Shown: positions 44,205-57,507, numbered from the stretch's first letter. The stretch: DNA of 64,000 nt from Octopus vulgaris (GCA_951406725.2 OX597826.1:14694001-14758000); one strand, 5' to 3'. The notes: generated from the sequence alone by a model not told the origin. Numbers and translations: made by a program.

Positions 44205-44796
44205 TTTGGCATTTTAGTATACCCGGTGAAAATCATTATGATGCAAGTAGCCCGTTTCCAGTATTCAGATGGCTTCTTTTCTTCCATGTTAGCTTTTTGT
44301 CAGCTACAAATGTAATTTTTTACGCTCTCCAACGTCGTTAACTGTTCACCACAACTTCAAGCTGTTCCTAAAAAAAATTAAAGAGACATAAAAATCAGGT
44401 GGATTCTCTATATTTATTCCGGGATAGTCTCTTTTTAGAATGACATTACATATTATTTTTATGTATATATGTATGTGCGTACTACAGTCTATTCTTGAAT
44501 ATTTTACGTAATTTGACATTCAACCCTATAACCTCTTTTTCTAATTTCCGAAGTAGCTTCGTAGTTCGTTTCCTTTATGTCCAGATTCTTAAGAATACTT
44601 TTGAAGCAGTCGTTCACATAAAAATACACTAAGTACTACCTTTCTATATGCAAAATCATGATCCTTGGTTAGTATCTCCAGATTTCTTATTAAGTTCGAC
44701 ATGTATGTTTTATTTTTCTATTTATTTTAATTTTATTTTAACACCTGTTTCATGACTGGTTGCAACGAGGCGCTGATTACATCATCTGAGCTTTTA

Positions 44797-45160
44797 CGTC
44801 TCGTCGTCATTGGCTTCTCATACCCCAGAATTATTTTCCTTGTTGAACACTTTCTTTATGGTGATGCCATTGGTGACTCTGCAAACCAATTCTTGCTTAC
44901 AAGAGTCGATGACATTGCCTGCATGACAATGTTGGTGTGGGACGAGGTTGGTTTTGTCGAGCCTTTCTCTCCTGTCGTTTCATTTCTTCCTTTTCTCTTC
45001 TGGTGGCTTCGAAATTTTTGGTTCCGATAGTGATGGAACACCGCCACTTGGTACGGTTTCGAGCTTGTGCTTCAATCAATTTAGGCTCAATTCCAGTAGC
45101 TTCCAGTTTTGCCTTGAGTTGGTCCTTGTATCTTCGTTGCAGTCAATCATCAAATGGAAG
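44797..45160 (-). mobile_element. RTE-clade LINE 3' end
   Basis: RYKDQLKAKL...EAQARNRTKWR...FEATRREK...KRQERKAR...SCRQCHRLL*ARIGLQSH; (GAC)-like tail. Confidence 0.88.
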
Positions 45161-45579
45161 TTAAAATGACTTTAAAGTAAATAGCAAAATAAAGCATACG
45201 AAGATGGTGATTTTACATGTTAGACTTGTAGTAATTGGCGTATTTCTATGTGATCGACTGCTACAACCGCAGTTTTGAGAATGTGGACATAATAATTACG
45301 AAGCTAATTCGGAAAGTACGTCAGAGATTTTAATATGGATATCCCATACATGCACCTTATTCTGTATTTTGCCTCAGATCAGTGATTGCTTTAATATTTT
45401 GATCTTCAGGACAATACATTCTACGGATTGCATTGCGTAATGATTTGACATTTAGCCTAACAGGTCGATAGTAAATAATTACTTCTGCTTTAGGCTAGCA
45501 ACTTTGAACGAAGACTCTGGTTAGCGGTAGGGACGTTTTCATTTTCTTAACGCGAATTTTTGTAGTAAACATATAGTAT

Positions 45580-45973
45580 CCCCAAAGTCCATCCCCTCCT
45601 CACCGTGGTGGGGACGCTGGCAACGGGTAGTGTCAGGGCTATGTCGTCGGGAACTTCGGTTCCTGGTAGGGCCACCAAATGCGGATTGGTCTGATACCGA
45701 GTGGTATTAGGGTCACAACCCGGCAGACGGGGCTCTGATGAAAATCCTTGGAGTGTCTGTTTCGGCAACCAGCGGCTCCTCGGTCGTTCTGTCCCTGCGT
45801 CTGCGGACAATCTGCGGCAAACATGATGTCTCTACATGCGGGATTGTTGGGGACCGCTTGTGAAATTGATATTCCCACGAAACGTCTTCCACTGCCATGG
45901 TTCGAGATGCCTCGAGGGTGGTGGAAGAAGCCGACTCAACTCGCCCAGGGTGAATGTCACCACAAGTACAAGT
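45580..45973 (+). mobile_element. Short non-coding RTE-derived element (5'UTR-like part plus 3' tail)
   Basis: GC-rich; ccgtggtgggg...gctatgtcgtcggg...cctggtagggccacc resembles RTE/Expander 5' UTRs. (AAGTAC)n tail; TSD acatatagtat / acatatagcat. Confidence 0.72.
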
Positions 45974-47782
45974 ACATATAGCATATAATTGTTTTTTGTT
46001 TAATTTCTGATTTAATAACAATTTGTCTCTATTACAAAAAGAACATCCTGTGTTCTTATAATACAGCATACTTTGAGTTGGTTTAACAAGCTGAAACTTC
46101 TTTACAATTTATCGCCTCAGTAACTGCATTTGCATTTCAATAGTTTTTAAGCGATTGATCTTATAGTCTGCTAAACTTTAGCCTGAAGATAGAGTCAACA
46201 TTAACATTATATGACATGACAACACTTTGAGATAATCTTCAATCAATAGTAGCAGGTCTTTCCTGCAGGTTGCCTTATTCGTCCATCTGTTTGTAAATCG
46301 TGACATTCAGGAGATATTAACTGAAAATATTAGTGTGCTACCAATTACACTAACATCCAAGTAACTGAACAAATTAGCATTCAATTTATCTTGACGAAGA
46401 GGACGTGAAGTTGATTTATAAGAGCACAGCCATCATATTTCAAGACCTTTATTTGAACACAGGATAACTTATTCCTTAACAGAGCCCATACTTTTTCGGT
46501 TTCGGTTCCATTACCTTGACACTGATCAAGAGACATGCTGTTTTTATTTTATTTTCTCCCATACTTTCAAAAACAACATGTTTAATGGCACGATTGTATT
46601 CTTAAAGAGTAAATACTGTCACTTTCAAGGCTTACAGTTATATTTTCCATTGTAACAAAAGTTTTTTTTCTATCGTACGGAACTTTTCAGCGTAATGAAT
46701 TGTAAGAAAGCTAAGCTGCTTTATTAATTATCTTTTTATTTTATGTTGAGTGCGGGTTACCTTCAAATGCAGTTATTGTGCATCATTTCTTCGTCAGCAA
46801 CATATTTCAACGCTTTTTGTATTTCGTATACACCCAACTATCTTGTCAAGAATCTTTTGTCTCGTTTTTTTGTCGCCTGTTTCTGTTTATTTAGGTATCT
46901 TTGCAACATTAAACTACTTGTTGAACTCCACTGTCCTTCAATCTCCTTTCGGGCAATTTACTAAACATTACAATATATATACATTGATACAGAAGAGATT
47001 TGGTTGGGATGAAAGTACATCAGTCTTACGTCACTCCACTTTGCGCTTCACAGCTATGAACTGCATCTATTTATAAGGTAAATCATGTGTATACAATAAT
47101 TTACTTTGTGGAATTGCAGAAACTCTAAACCCACATTTACACAACATTGCGTTTGCCCACCTCGTTTTCTCATGCTACTAGTTGAAGGAAAACGAAACCT
47201 GACTATGATCAGTGCAAACGTTTCGACAAAAATAATTTTCGGTTTAGTAATATATACAACTGGAAAGTTAATTAGTAAAACAGCAGCAAAATATAAACGG
47301 TTTCTAAAGAGATTTTAATGTCTATAATCGAATGCAAAATCTTGTAAGTAGGTTCCCGAAAAAGGGGAAAAAAATCACTTCACTCTCGATTTGCTATGTT
47401 TAAAGCCAGTGCTAAAAAACATTAAAATCTTCGAAATAGATAATTAAAGTACATGATTATAATTATGTATATAATTATAGAATATTTTGTATAATTCATC
47501 TAAAAAGGTTATTTTAACGTACTGACTACTTGGTTAAAATTATTAATTATTAATTAATTAATTTTACCCTTTATTATTATAATTAATAAAATTATAATTT
47601 ACTCCCTGACCGAAACTGCAGTTTTCTGCGGGATTGTTCGTAACACACAGGTGGGTATAAAGAATAAATATTATTCGCATTTGGCTGTATGTTTTTGGGA
47701 GTGCGGTTGAATATCAGTTATGCGATGACGCTTGATCGCGTACATATTTAATCCCAACACTCGCAAATTTATAAGTCTAAAT

Positions 47783-47844
47783 ACCACACTGAGGAGAAAA
47801 ATAGGTAAATATAATTTACTTTAATTTCGAAACGCGTCTGTGGT
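47783..47844 (+). ncRNA. Canonical type I hammerhead ribozyme (PLE type)
   Basis: accaca-CTGAGGA-gaaa[25 nt]tttc-GAAA-cgcg-TC-tgtggt: intact core, 6-bp stem I, palindromic stem III ACGCGT, GUC triplet. Confidence 0.88.
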
Positions 47845-48981
47845 TAATCGAAGTCGTATGGATTCATAATTTTTTTCTTTACGTCAACATAAAAAAGTGT
47901 GTTACTGTCTCGGAGATATATATGGTAGTTGAAAAGACATTAGCGTCTATTTCTAATTCAGTGCGTGGCGAAGCAATTAGCTGACCCCTGATTATAATTA
48001 TGTATATAATTAAAGGATATTTTTCTAGATGTATAGATAGATGGAAAGTATAGAAGCATGTGAGCGTTCTTTGCGTTAAAAAGAAACAACAGTGCAAAAC
48101 TTGTTTCCTACAACTACACATTACGCCCAAAATGTTTTTCGTTTTAGTTTGAATGATACCATGAGCTATTGTATTGTACACTTATAAGATCGATGCGTAA
48201 CATACTATCACCTGATTCTATAGTTATAAAGGTAGCGTATATTATTAAAACAAAACAAGTAAAATTATAATGTTGTTGTGTAGCCGTCAATAACACGAAT
48301 AGAATGGTGTCTGAGAATGCGTGGGCATGATTGTGAGTGTATTTTGTGTAGAATACAAATGAAAACAGGGGTTTGAATAAAATAAGCTGTAAATTAAACT
48401 GTAGTACAAACATTAGCTGGTTGGATCTCTCATGCTTTTGAATTACCCAGCTTTCTGCGGGCTATGTGCTTTTGTTTGGATATAGAAACGCGTGCGCATG
48501 CACAGATATATATATATGTAGAATGGAGTAGTATTTACGTATATGTGTGTTTCTGTGTGTGGAGGGTTGTATGCATATGTGTGTGTGTGTGTGTGTGTAC
48601 AAACATGTGATTACAGATAGAAATACACACGCACACATACACACACGTATGAATATTTATGTGTATGTGTGTGTGTGCGTGTGTGAATTGTATCTGCTCG
48701 TGGATGTAGGAAAAAATTTCAAAAAAGAGTAATTAAATATCCATTTCTGTATGTCAATAAAGCATTTGGTCTCCTGTCTTCAAATCTCTCCCACAAATAC
48801 ATCAGCTTCTTTATTCCTTTTCTCTTTATCATTTATTTTTCGTTTACCCTCCTTTGTCTTTCTGCCATCTCAATATCTATTTTCCCCAAGACAAATCTAT
48901 AAGGAATATGGAAAACCTATTAGAATTGTATTTATTAACATTGAGTTCGTTGTTCTGTTTTATATTTATGTTTCTTGATAT

Positions 48982-49034
<53 letters not shown>

Positions 49035-49039
<5 letters not shown>

Positions 49040-49745
49040 CGAAATTTTCCTTTGGATGATACTTAACTCCGAACGTATGATATATCTATTCAGCATGATT
49101 CTTTTGCATCATCTTCCCCTCAATCCTCATAGAACATACTCTACTATATACACAACTAAGCACAGATATACACATACGACCTTAAATTCTAATATCGCCT
49201 CTGACACGCCAGATGCGTCTATCGTTACAGTGATGCGCACATAGATATCTACATATGACCACATCGTATACACACATACACTTACTTACATATAAATATA
49301 TGTGTATATATAACCAAACACGGGTTTTTCTTGGACTATTCGTTTCGTTCTCTCTGAAACTTTCCTCTTTCCTCTTTCCTACAAAGAACCATGCTCGAAA
49401 CGTTACACACACACACTCTATTTTCCAACATAAACTCAGCGGTCACCTAATAGATGCAGTGTACACCCTTGTAAATTTTTTTGTTTTTGTTTTAATTTTT
49501 TGTTTATTATCGATATACATATATTTTACACACATACACATATGTACATATATAGACGCCATGATAGATCGTCAGCCACTAGACACATTTTTTTCTCTCA
49601 TTGTTTTTTTTGTGTTCCTTTCTGCAGAAGAGCGTAGGCTCGAAACGTAAAAGACTTTTTTCTATTCCTGAGCGTTATACTAATACATCTGTTTGTTTTG
49701 TACACCACCTGTCTTCGTCTTTTGTTTTTTCGTAAACTCTCCCTG
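49035..49745 (+). mobile_element. PLE 3' fragment
   Basis: 49560-49745 is homologous to 30172-30395 and 43440-43575; inserted in (TA)n. Confidence 0.7.
49618..49653 (+). ncRNA. Non-canonical hammerhead-like motif (CUGCAGA core)
   Basis: cttt-CTGCAGA-agagcgtaggctc-GAAA-cg-TA-aaag. Confidence 0.6.
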
Positions 49746-49763
49746 TACATATATATATGTATG

Positions 49764-49847
<84 letters not shown>

Positions 49848-50575
49848 AGTGTGTACCTGAGAGAGTTTGTGTGTATGCATTATCTACATGTATGTATATG
49901 TGTCTTTGGTATAATTTTATACTGCACCAGATAACTGGGCCCGAGTACGGAAGTTCGAAGGTTCTCAGGAGTGTGAAGACACCTCTAAGCCACTATTGCC
50001 CCGCCTGTCGGTGTCGCAGTATGAGATAATCACTATGTAAGTAGAGGTGGTCACTTTTCAACATGGGTATAAACTGCTCTGGAGCGAAACAAAAAGTGGC
50101 TATGTTGACATCATGGGATGCAGCATGGGGATGTGGACTGTTTCGGCAGATGTGCTTATTGAGTCAATGACCAGTATCACTGGATGCTGAGCGGATAGAA
50201 AGAAAATAAATAGTAAATGGCGAGATGATGGTGGTCGAGATGATGGTGGTAGTGGTGGTGAAGATGAGGGTAATGGTGGTGGTGGTGGTGGTGGTGGTGG
50301 TGATGCCGCCTGCGATGAGATATCTACATAATTTTATGTTTACATCCCTAAAGAAGAAAAAGAATACACAAGAGATGTAATAGATTTGTTTTCATTTGCA
50401 AGTACAATGATTTACTCCCTAACAATTCGGAGTGTCAAGCAAGAGGCTCGTTGAGAAAACAAGGGGGTGCGATATGACAGCTACTGGTTTCTTGGTTAGA
50501 GGAAATCAGGTGACGAGGAGGGGCATTGTCCGTTCTTGACTTTGGTAGTAGGGAATAATTGATATGCGTTTTTTA

Positions 50576-50631
<56 letters not shown>

Positions 50632-51059
50632 TGCACGCCTCTGTGGAACAGGATCCGTTACTGGCATATCCCATAGAGACAGATACAGCTTCGCAAATGA
50701 ATAGATGTAGTAGCTATTTTATTTTTGTTCCACGCACAGAATATATAAGTTACACCATGTATATTCATTTTATAGCGAATCTCATCGCACATACTAAAAG
50801 GTAAGCGTACGCACACTTACGTGCACCTACAAGTGATATGCCATATAATACATGAATGCTTGGAAAATTGCTTCGTGGTGGTGCCAATAGTCTTCAACGT
50901 ATGATTAGTTATTAAATAAATATTAATGAAAAAAATAACAACGGTAACAACTATAATAATATCTATAATGATAAGAAGAAGAAGGAGAGGAAGAAGGTAA
51001 GAAGGGGGAGGAGAATGGTGATGGTAATAATATAAATTATAATAATGGTTCCAAATTTT

Positions 51060-51260
51060 GCCCCACGGGGAACGCGAATATAGGAGAGGAGATGAGTCGA
51101 TTATATCAACCCTAATATTCCACTAGTACATAGTTTATTGACCCGAAAGGATTAAAGGTTAAGTCAGCCACGACGAAATTTGAACTCTGAACATAAAGAC
51201 GGACGAAATACTGCTAAGCATTTCGTCCGGTGTGCTAACGACCCTACTATCTCTCCGCCT
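51060..51260 (-). mobile_element. SINE family B, diverged copy
   Basis: gacccgaaaggattaaagg...tttgaactc...gacgaaatactgctaagcatttcg. Confidence 0.8.
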
Positions 51261-51276
51261 TTATAATAATAATAAT

Positions 51277-51410
<134 letters not shown>

Positions 51411-51436
51411 TAATAACAATAATAATGATGATGATG

Positions 51437-51956
51437 ATGCCCTGATGCAGTACCAGGCAGTGGCTCCCATGGCTTCTGGTCTTAACTGATGGGACACGTT
51501 ATTTACATTGTATTGTCTTGGCATAAATGATGGGCTACAGCAAATATTCTGCTCAATACCACTGATTTGCTTGTCAATTGTCTGACCATAAACAGTTGAG
51601 CATGTCACTTAGTGATCACGAGCAGAAGTAGTGGAGGAGCATCATAACCATGTGTTGAGAGGAATTCTTTTGAGTTTGAATAATTCACTTCTGGAAACTT
51701 GGGTGTTTCGTTCAACTTTCTTAAGCAACCCTTATTCAGGAACCTTTGAATTTAGATGGGTAACTCGACCAGAAGAAAATTCTAACTGGGCCCCACCTGT
51801 AAGTTCATACGCTCTTTATCACCATGTCACGCACAGATGGTTGTGATGCATGTGCCTGTTATATCCTTATCAGACGGGTAGCCATGATGGTATATAAGGC
51901 TTCGTATATTTGTACCCCAGTGTCACTTTAATGGCATGCGCTGCACTCTCACTCAA
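51437..51956 (+). mobile_element. ~520-560-bp non-coding repeat inserted in a trinucleotide tract (copy 1)
   Basis: Colinear end to end with 53810-54367 (atgccctgatgcagtaccaggc ... ctctcactcaa). Strand inferred from the (AAT)n polarity. Confidence 0.8.
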
Positions 51957-51958
51957 TG

Positions 51959-52023
<65 letters not shown>

Positions 52024-52430
52024 TGCTGTTGTTGTTGTTGTTGTTACAATAACAAAAACAAGTAGAAGAAAAGACAGAAGAAGAAGAAGGCGAAGAAGAA
52101 GAAGAAGAAGAAAAAGAAGAAGGAGGATGAGGAGAAGAAGAAAAAGAAGAATAAAAAGGAGGAGGAGGATGAGACAAAGAAGAAGAAGAAGAAGGAAAAG
52201 AAAAGAAGGAGGAGGAGGAGGAGAAGGAGAGGAAGAAGAAGAAGAAGAAGAAGAAGAAGAAAAAGAAAAAGAAAAAGGAGGAGAAGAAGAAGAAGAAGAA
52301 GAAAAAGAAAAAGAAGGAGGAGGAGGAGGAGAAGGAGGAGGAGGAGAAGGATAATAATAAGAAGAAGAAGAAGAAAAAGAAGAAGGAGGAGGAGAAGGAG
52401 GAGGAGGAGGAAAAAAAGAAGAGGAAGACA
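51957..52430. repeat. (GTA)n/(GTT)n, then a ~360-bp (GAA/GGA)n polypurine tract
   Basis: Direct reading. Confidence 0.95.
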
Positions 52431-52829
52431 TTTTTTTATTAGCCACAAAGTCTGAAAGAGATACAGAAGAATACAGATGAAGGTAACCCAATCGGCCTAC
52501 AAATGCACATGGAATGGAATGAAGTTATATGAACAAAGATGTACAATATACGTAAGTGGAGGGATTAAAATATTATAAACTAAAACTTGCACAGAAACAT
52601 GTAAGTATAGAAAGTATGCTAAATTAGAAAATAATTAAAACGAAATAATCATATAACTATTAAATCTACGATATATTAATCAGGCCATCTTCAAGTTCCT
52701 GCCTTCGCTTCCAATGCTTTTCTTTTTTTATTTTCTGTAGTTTCCATGATTGGATTTCCCAAAACCTTCCTTGAAGAGTTTTTGTGTAATATTGCACGAA
52801 AGTTAGCCTCTGCCTCCATGGTCAGTGAA

Positions 52830-53054
52830 ATATAATGGTATCAAGTTTTTGGTGATTGGACACCAATTTTAAGGAATGTGGTAAGTCCATTACATCTACC
52901 CAGTGTTTGATGTGTTTAACTTGAGCCCGAATGGATGAAAAGCAACAAGAAATTCCTCCGTCGGTGGAATTCGAACCCACACTGCAAGGAACAGAAAGAA
53001 ATGCTGCAAAGCATTCTGTTTGATTCGCCAACGATTCTACAAGCTCACCGCCTT
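52830..53054 (-). mobile_element. SINE family B, old copy
   Basis: ggatgaaa...ggtggaattcgaaccc...aacgattctacaagctcaccgcc. Confidence 0.7.
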
Positions 53055-53761
53055 GAAGCTGAGATATAATTTTTATGCTGTTTAAAATATGGTCACATCT
53101 CCTTCTTGATTGTTACTTTGTTTTGGTACTCCTTGTGTAAATGGGTAAAACTCTTAGAGATTTTCGTGAGATTTCATTTAGTTTAAACTTTTATTCCACT
53201 TCATAGAATATTGGTCTACCTTCATAAGATATTTTCTCCTTCGAGGAAATTGTATCCTACATGGCATTCTCCGTGTTGTTATAGCTTATTTCTATTATTT
53301 CTCTATTGGGTCATTCCACTTTTTAAACTTTTATTTATTCATTTATTTGTATATTTTTGAAAAACATATCTTACCTGTCTGATTTCATTTGAACCCTGAC
53401 CTTAAAGATGGAAGTAGCGGTACTGATGTTTAGGAGTAATACATTTTATGATAGCCCTTGTTGTTGCTAGGGAGGTCATTTCTTGACATTACTGATTTCA
53501 GTCGGTAAAACGTTTTTTGAGATTAATGTTTGAGTCTTGGTAATGAGGCAATTTTATCCTACGATTCACACGTTATGCCAATTTCAGACCTACACTTCTT
53601 GCCTTGCTGTTTCTTTTATTCTTTGACATTCATTTTCATATAGTTCTGCTATCACACGTGTAACAGTTGGTTTTTCTAAATTTGAAGTCAGAACGGGAGG
53701 GCAGTGGGAATGCCGCTAAACATTTTGCCCGACGTGCTAACGATTCTGCCAGCTCGCCATC

Positions 53762-53809
<48 letters not shown>

Positions 53810-53811
<2 letters not shown>

Positions 53812-54365
53812 GCCCTGATGCAGTACCAGGCAGTGGCTCTCATGGCTTCTGATCTTAACTGATTGGAAGTGTTATCATGTACATTGTTTTGTCTTGGTAT
53901 AAAAGATGGGCTACAGCAAATATTCTGCTCAATACCACAGATTTGCTTGTCAGTTGTTTGACCTTAACCAGTTGAGCATGTCCCTTAGTGGCTGACGATA
54001 TGTGCATCTCTGATCACGAGCAGAAGTAGTGGGGGAGCATCATGGCCATGTGTTGAGAGGGATTCTTTGGAGATTGAATGGTTCACCTCTGGAAACATAG
54101 GTGTTTCGTTCAACATCCTAAAGCAACCCTTATTCAGGGACCGTTTGAGCAGGATGGGCTACTCAACCTGAAGAAAATTCTAACTGGGCCCCACCTGCAA
54201 GGTCATGTGCTGTTTATCTTGATATGAGATCACCATGTCGCGCACATATGGTTGTGATGCATGTGCCTGGTGTACCTTTATCAGACGGGTAGTCATGATG
54301 TGTATATTGGGCTTCGTATATTTTACCCCAGTGTCACTTTGATGGCATGAACTGCTCTCTCACTC

Positions 54366-54367
<2 letters not shown>
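53810..54367 (+). mobile_element. ~560-bp non-coding repeat flanked by (AAT)n (copy 2)
   Basis: Homologous to 51437-51956; (AAT)n on both sides. Confidence 0.85.
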
Positions 54368-54426
<59 letters not shown>

Positions 54427-54430
<4 letters not shown>

Positions 54431-55011
54431 CCACATCTCACTCCTCTGGAACTTCACCATTCAAACTGACAGGAAGATAGATGCAAATAGGCCAGACATT
54501 ATATTGAAAGACTTCAGACAAAGAACATGCCTTCTCATTGATATGACTGTCCCAATCGATATAAACGTATCTGTCAAGACCTACCAAAAACTGAGCAAAT
54601 ATAAAGATCTTGAAATAGAAATCAGCAAAATGTGGAAGCTGAAGACTAAAACAATACCTGTTGTCATAATATGATAGCGAATGATAGCGAAAGGGACTGA
54701 TTGCTACATAACTCAGATACCAGGAACCCCCAAAATGGCAGAAATTCAAAAGATAGTGCTCATGGGAACTGCTCATATCCTACGCAAAATACTCTCTATG
54801 TAATCCCAAGGTTTAAAACAAACTTTTTATTTATTTATTTTTTTTTTTATTATTATTATTTTTTATTTTTATGTATTAGACATTCACTAGTACAACACCA
54901 TAAAAAAAAAACCTAAATATATGGCACAGAACTTCCAACCTGTTGTCTCTTGAGGTCTCTGGGTGAGACTTGGAGCCAACTTGTACAGACATAAAGCAAA
55001 AGTCAAACATA

Positions 55012-55013
<2 letters not shown>
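54427..55013 (+). mobile_element. R4/Dong-type LINE 3' end (restriction-like endonuclease plus 3' UTR)
   Basis: LLWNFTIQTDRKIDANRPDIILKD...CLLIDMTVP...KLSKYKDLEIEISKMW...IQKIVLMGTAHILRKILS*; ends in (AAT)n. Confidence 0.92.
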
Positions 55014-55075
<62 letters not shown>

Positions 55076-55114
55076 AAGAAGAAGAAGAAGAAGAAGAAGA
55101 AGAAGAAGAAGAAT

Positions 55115-55490
55115 ATTCTTCAAATGACCCTAAATGCAGAAACTGCAACACATTTGACGAAACAATAGAACATTTTGTCACGGGATGCCTTTTGCTGACA
55201 CCAAACGAATATAAAAATCGCCACGATGTGGTATGTTAGTATGTACATTGGAAAATATGTAAACACTGCAAAATCCGAACTCCTACTTACTGGTATGACC
55301 ATCATATTGAGCCAGTCGTTGAAGGTAAAAATGTCACTTTCCTCTGGGATTTTCCAATCAACACCGACAGAACGATCCAAGCTAATCGACCAAACATAAT
55401 TAAAAAAGATTGTGAAGAAAATACTTGTACACGAATAGATGTAAGGGCTCCCACTGATAAAGATATATCTGTCGAGGAATTTGACATACT
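55115..55490 (+). mobile_element. R4/Dong fragment (CCHC knuckle plus start of RLE)
   Basis: DPKCRNCNTFDETIEHFVTGC...YKNRHD...FLWDFPINTDRTIQANRPNII. Confidence 0.9.
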
Positions 55491-55970
55491 AAGCGGCTAA
55501 ATCTTGATCTTGCGCTGCCAGTGTAGTGCTCTCGGTTTCTTTTTTTAGTGTACCTTTCATCAGCCACTCCCACCTATATTTTCCAACAACTTCTATTGTA
55601 GCTATATAGAATTGCTCGTGTAGTTCCGTCTTACGTAATTCTTCTTCATTTCCTTTTTGTACTCCTTCCTTTTCTCCCTTTTTCTCCACTCTCAATACTC
55701 CCTCATTCCTAACTGTTTCTTGCAAGGCTTCCTTACTTTGGGCTAGGTATCTCATTAAGCTCTCCAGCTCGATACGCACGCAGTCTTCTACACTTAGTCA
55801 TCTTCCTCCATTTGCTCTCTTCATGTATAGGTGACCAGTGTCTGCACCTAGATGATGGGCTCCGTACATCGTTGGGACCTTCCTTGATTTCCTGTCCATC
55901 TCTTTTAGCTCCTCCCCTGTCCACTCCAAGATTCCAGCGCCATAGCGAACTACTGACATTTAGCATTGAA
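55491..55970 (-). mobile_element. R4/Dong fragment (RT C-terminus/thumb)
   Basis: YGAGILEWTGEELKEMDRKSRK..TMYGAHH..AD...LYMKRANGGR...WEWLMKGTLKKETESTTLAAQDQ. Confidence 0.88.
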
Positions 55971-55973
55971 GCC

Positions 55974-56025
<52 letters not shown>

Positions 56026-56342
56026 TGTTTTGCTTGCCACGCGAGCATCGGATAAAGAGGATAAAGAAGATTTTGCAAAGACAAGTAACATAAATTAATA
56101 GTGATTATACAGAAATTGATTAGGGAAAATATTGAAGTGAGTAACAATATAAATAGAATACAGTGGTTTTGCTGTCCTCTTGATATTGAAAAATCTCCAA
56201 CAAGGGTCATTCAACTATCTCCTTAGATCATTGATTAGGCAACACAGCACAGAGAAAATTGGCTAAGCAAGTTAGAAATCGAAGCTTGTATGTGTGTGTT
56301 ATGCTTCATCTGGTGGTCCTGTAAGCAAAGGAAATCATGTTT

Positions 56343-56377
<35 letters not shown>

Positions 56378-56449
56378 AATAATAATAATAATTATAATAA
56401 TAATAATTATTATTATAATAATAATAATATAATAATAATAATAATAATA

Positions 56450-57466
56450 GACACCCACCAGATTGAGCAGGTTGAAGGAAATGCGCCAACTGCAGCTGCA
56501 AAGAAAATTAAATTAATTGCAAAGACAAAAGCACATGAAAATCTAGCTTGCAGATGGGAACAGAAACCTCTCCATGGCAAGTATGTGGCCCGTAGCAAAC
56601 AAGCTGGTGTCGACCAGAAACACACGCACCAATGGTTACGAAGTTCAGGGCTAAAAGCAGAGAGTGAAGGTTTCATATTAGCTGCTCAAGACTAAAGCTT
56701 ATTTACCCGGAACTACCAAGCCAATGTGATGAAAAATGGAGCTGACCCAAAATGCTGATTCTGTAACGATGAGATTGAAACAATAGACCACCTAATCTCG
56801 GGGTGTAGAGTCTTAGCACCTGCAGAATATAAAGCAAGACATGACAATATGTCGGCATTATAAAATCAAAACCGCTGACAAATGGTATAAACATCATCCG
56901 GAAGCTGTGACTGAGGGAGAAAATGTGTTGATTCTATGGGACTTCCCCGTGCAGACCGACAGGACTATAAAAGCCAATAAACCGGATATTATTATAAAAG
57001 ATCAGACAAAAAGGATGTGTTTATTAATTGACATGAGTATTCCCTGTGATCACAATATAGAACGGCGAAAGAATTTGACAAGATTAATAAATATAAAGAC
57101 CTGCTAATGGAAATTGAAAAAATGTGGCATCTCAAGGCGACTACAGTACCAGTGATTGTAGGATCTCTAGGAATGATAAAAAAAAAAGGTACTGAAACCT
57201 ATTTGAAAGTGATTCCAGACTTACCATCCCTACAGGAAGTGCAAAAAATCGTATTAACTGGAACGGCTCATCTACTGAGAAGAGCATTATCGCTGTGAAA
57301 ATAACATCCATCCATGAATTTATTTATTTATCAATTTTTAAATACATATTTTATCTGTGAATTTGCGTGTGTAATCTGGGAATGCATACAATGCCCTTCT
57401 CTGCCCTAGGTGTATGGAAAACACTCGGCGAGAAACGGAAGAAAATTTGAAGAAAGAAGGAAAATC

Positions 57467-57468
<2 letters not shown>
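56450..57468 (+). mobile_element. 5'-truncated R4/Dong LINE (post-RT region, CCHC, RLE, 3' UTR) in (AAT)n
   Basis: WEQKPLHGKY...WLRSSGLKAESEGFILAAQD...KC*FC..ETIDHLISGC...ILWDFPVQTDRTIKANKPDII...LLIDMSIP...QKIVLTGTAHLLRRALSL*. Confidence 0.93.

Positions 57469-57507
<39 letters not shown>

Noticed and set aside
52680-53660. Very decayed minus-strand LINE fragments
   Set aside because: Only faint motif hints, so no family can be assigned with confidence.
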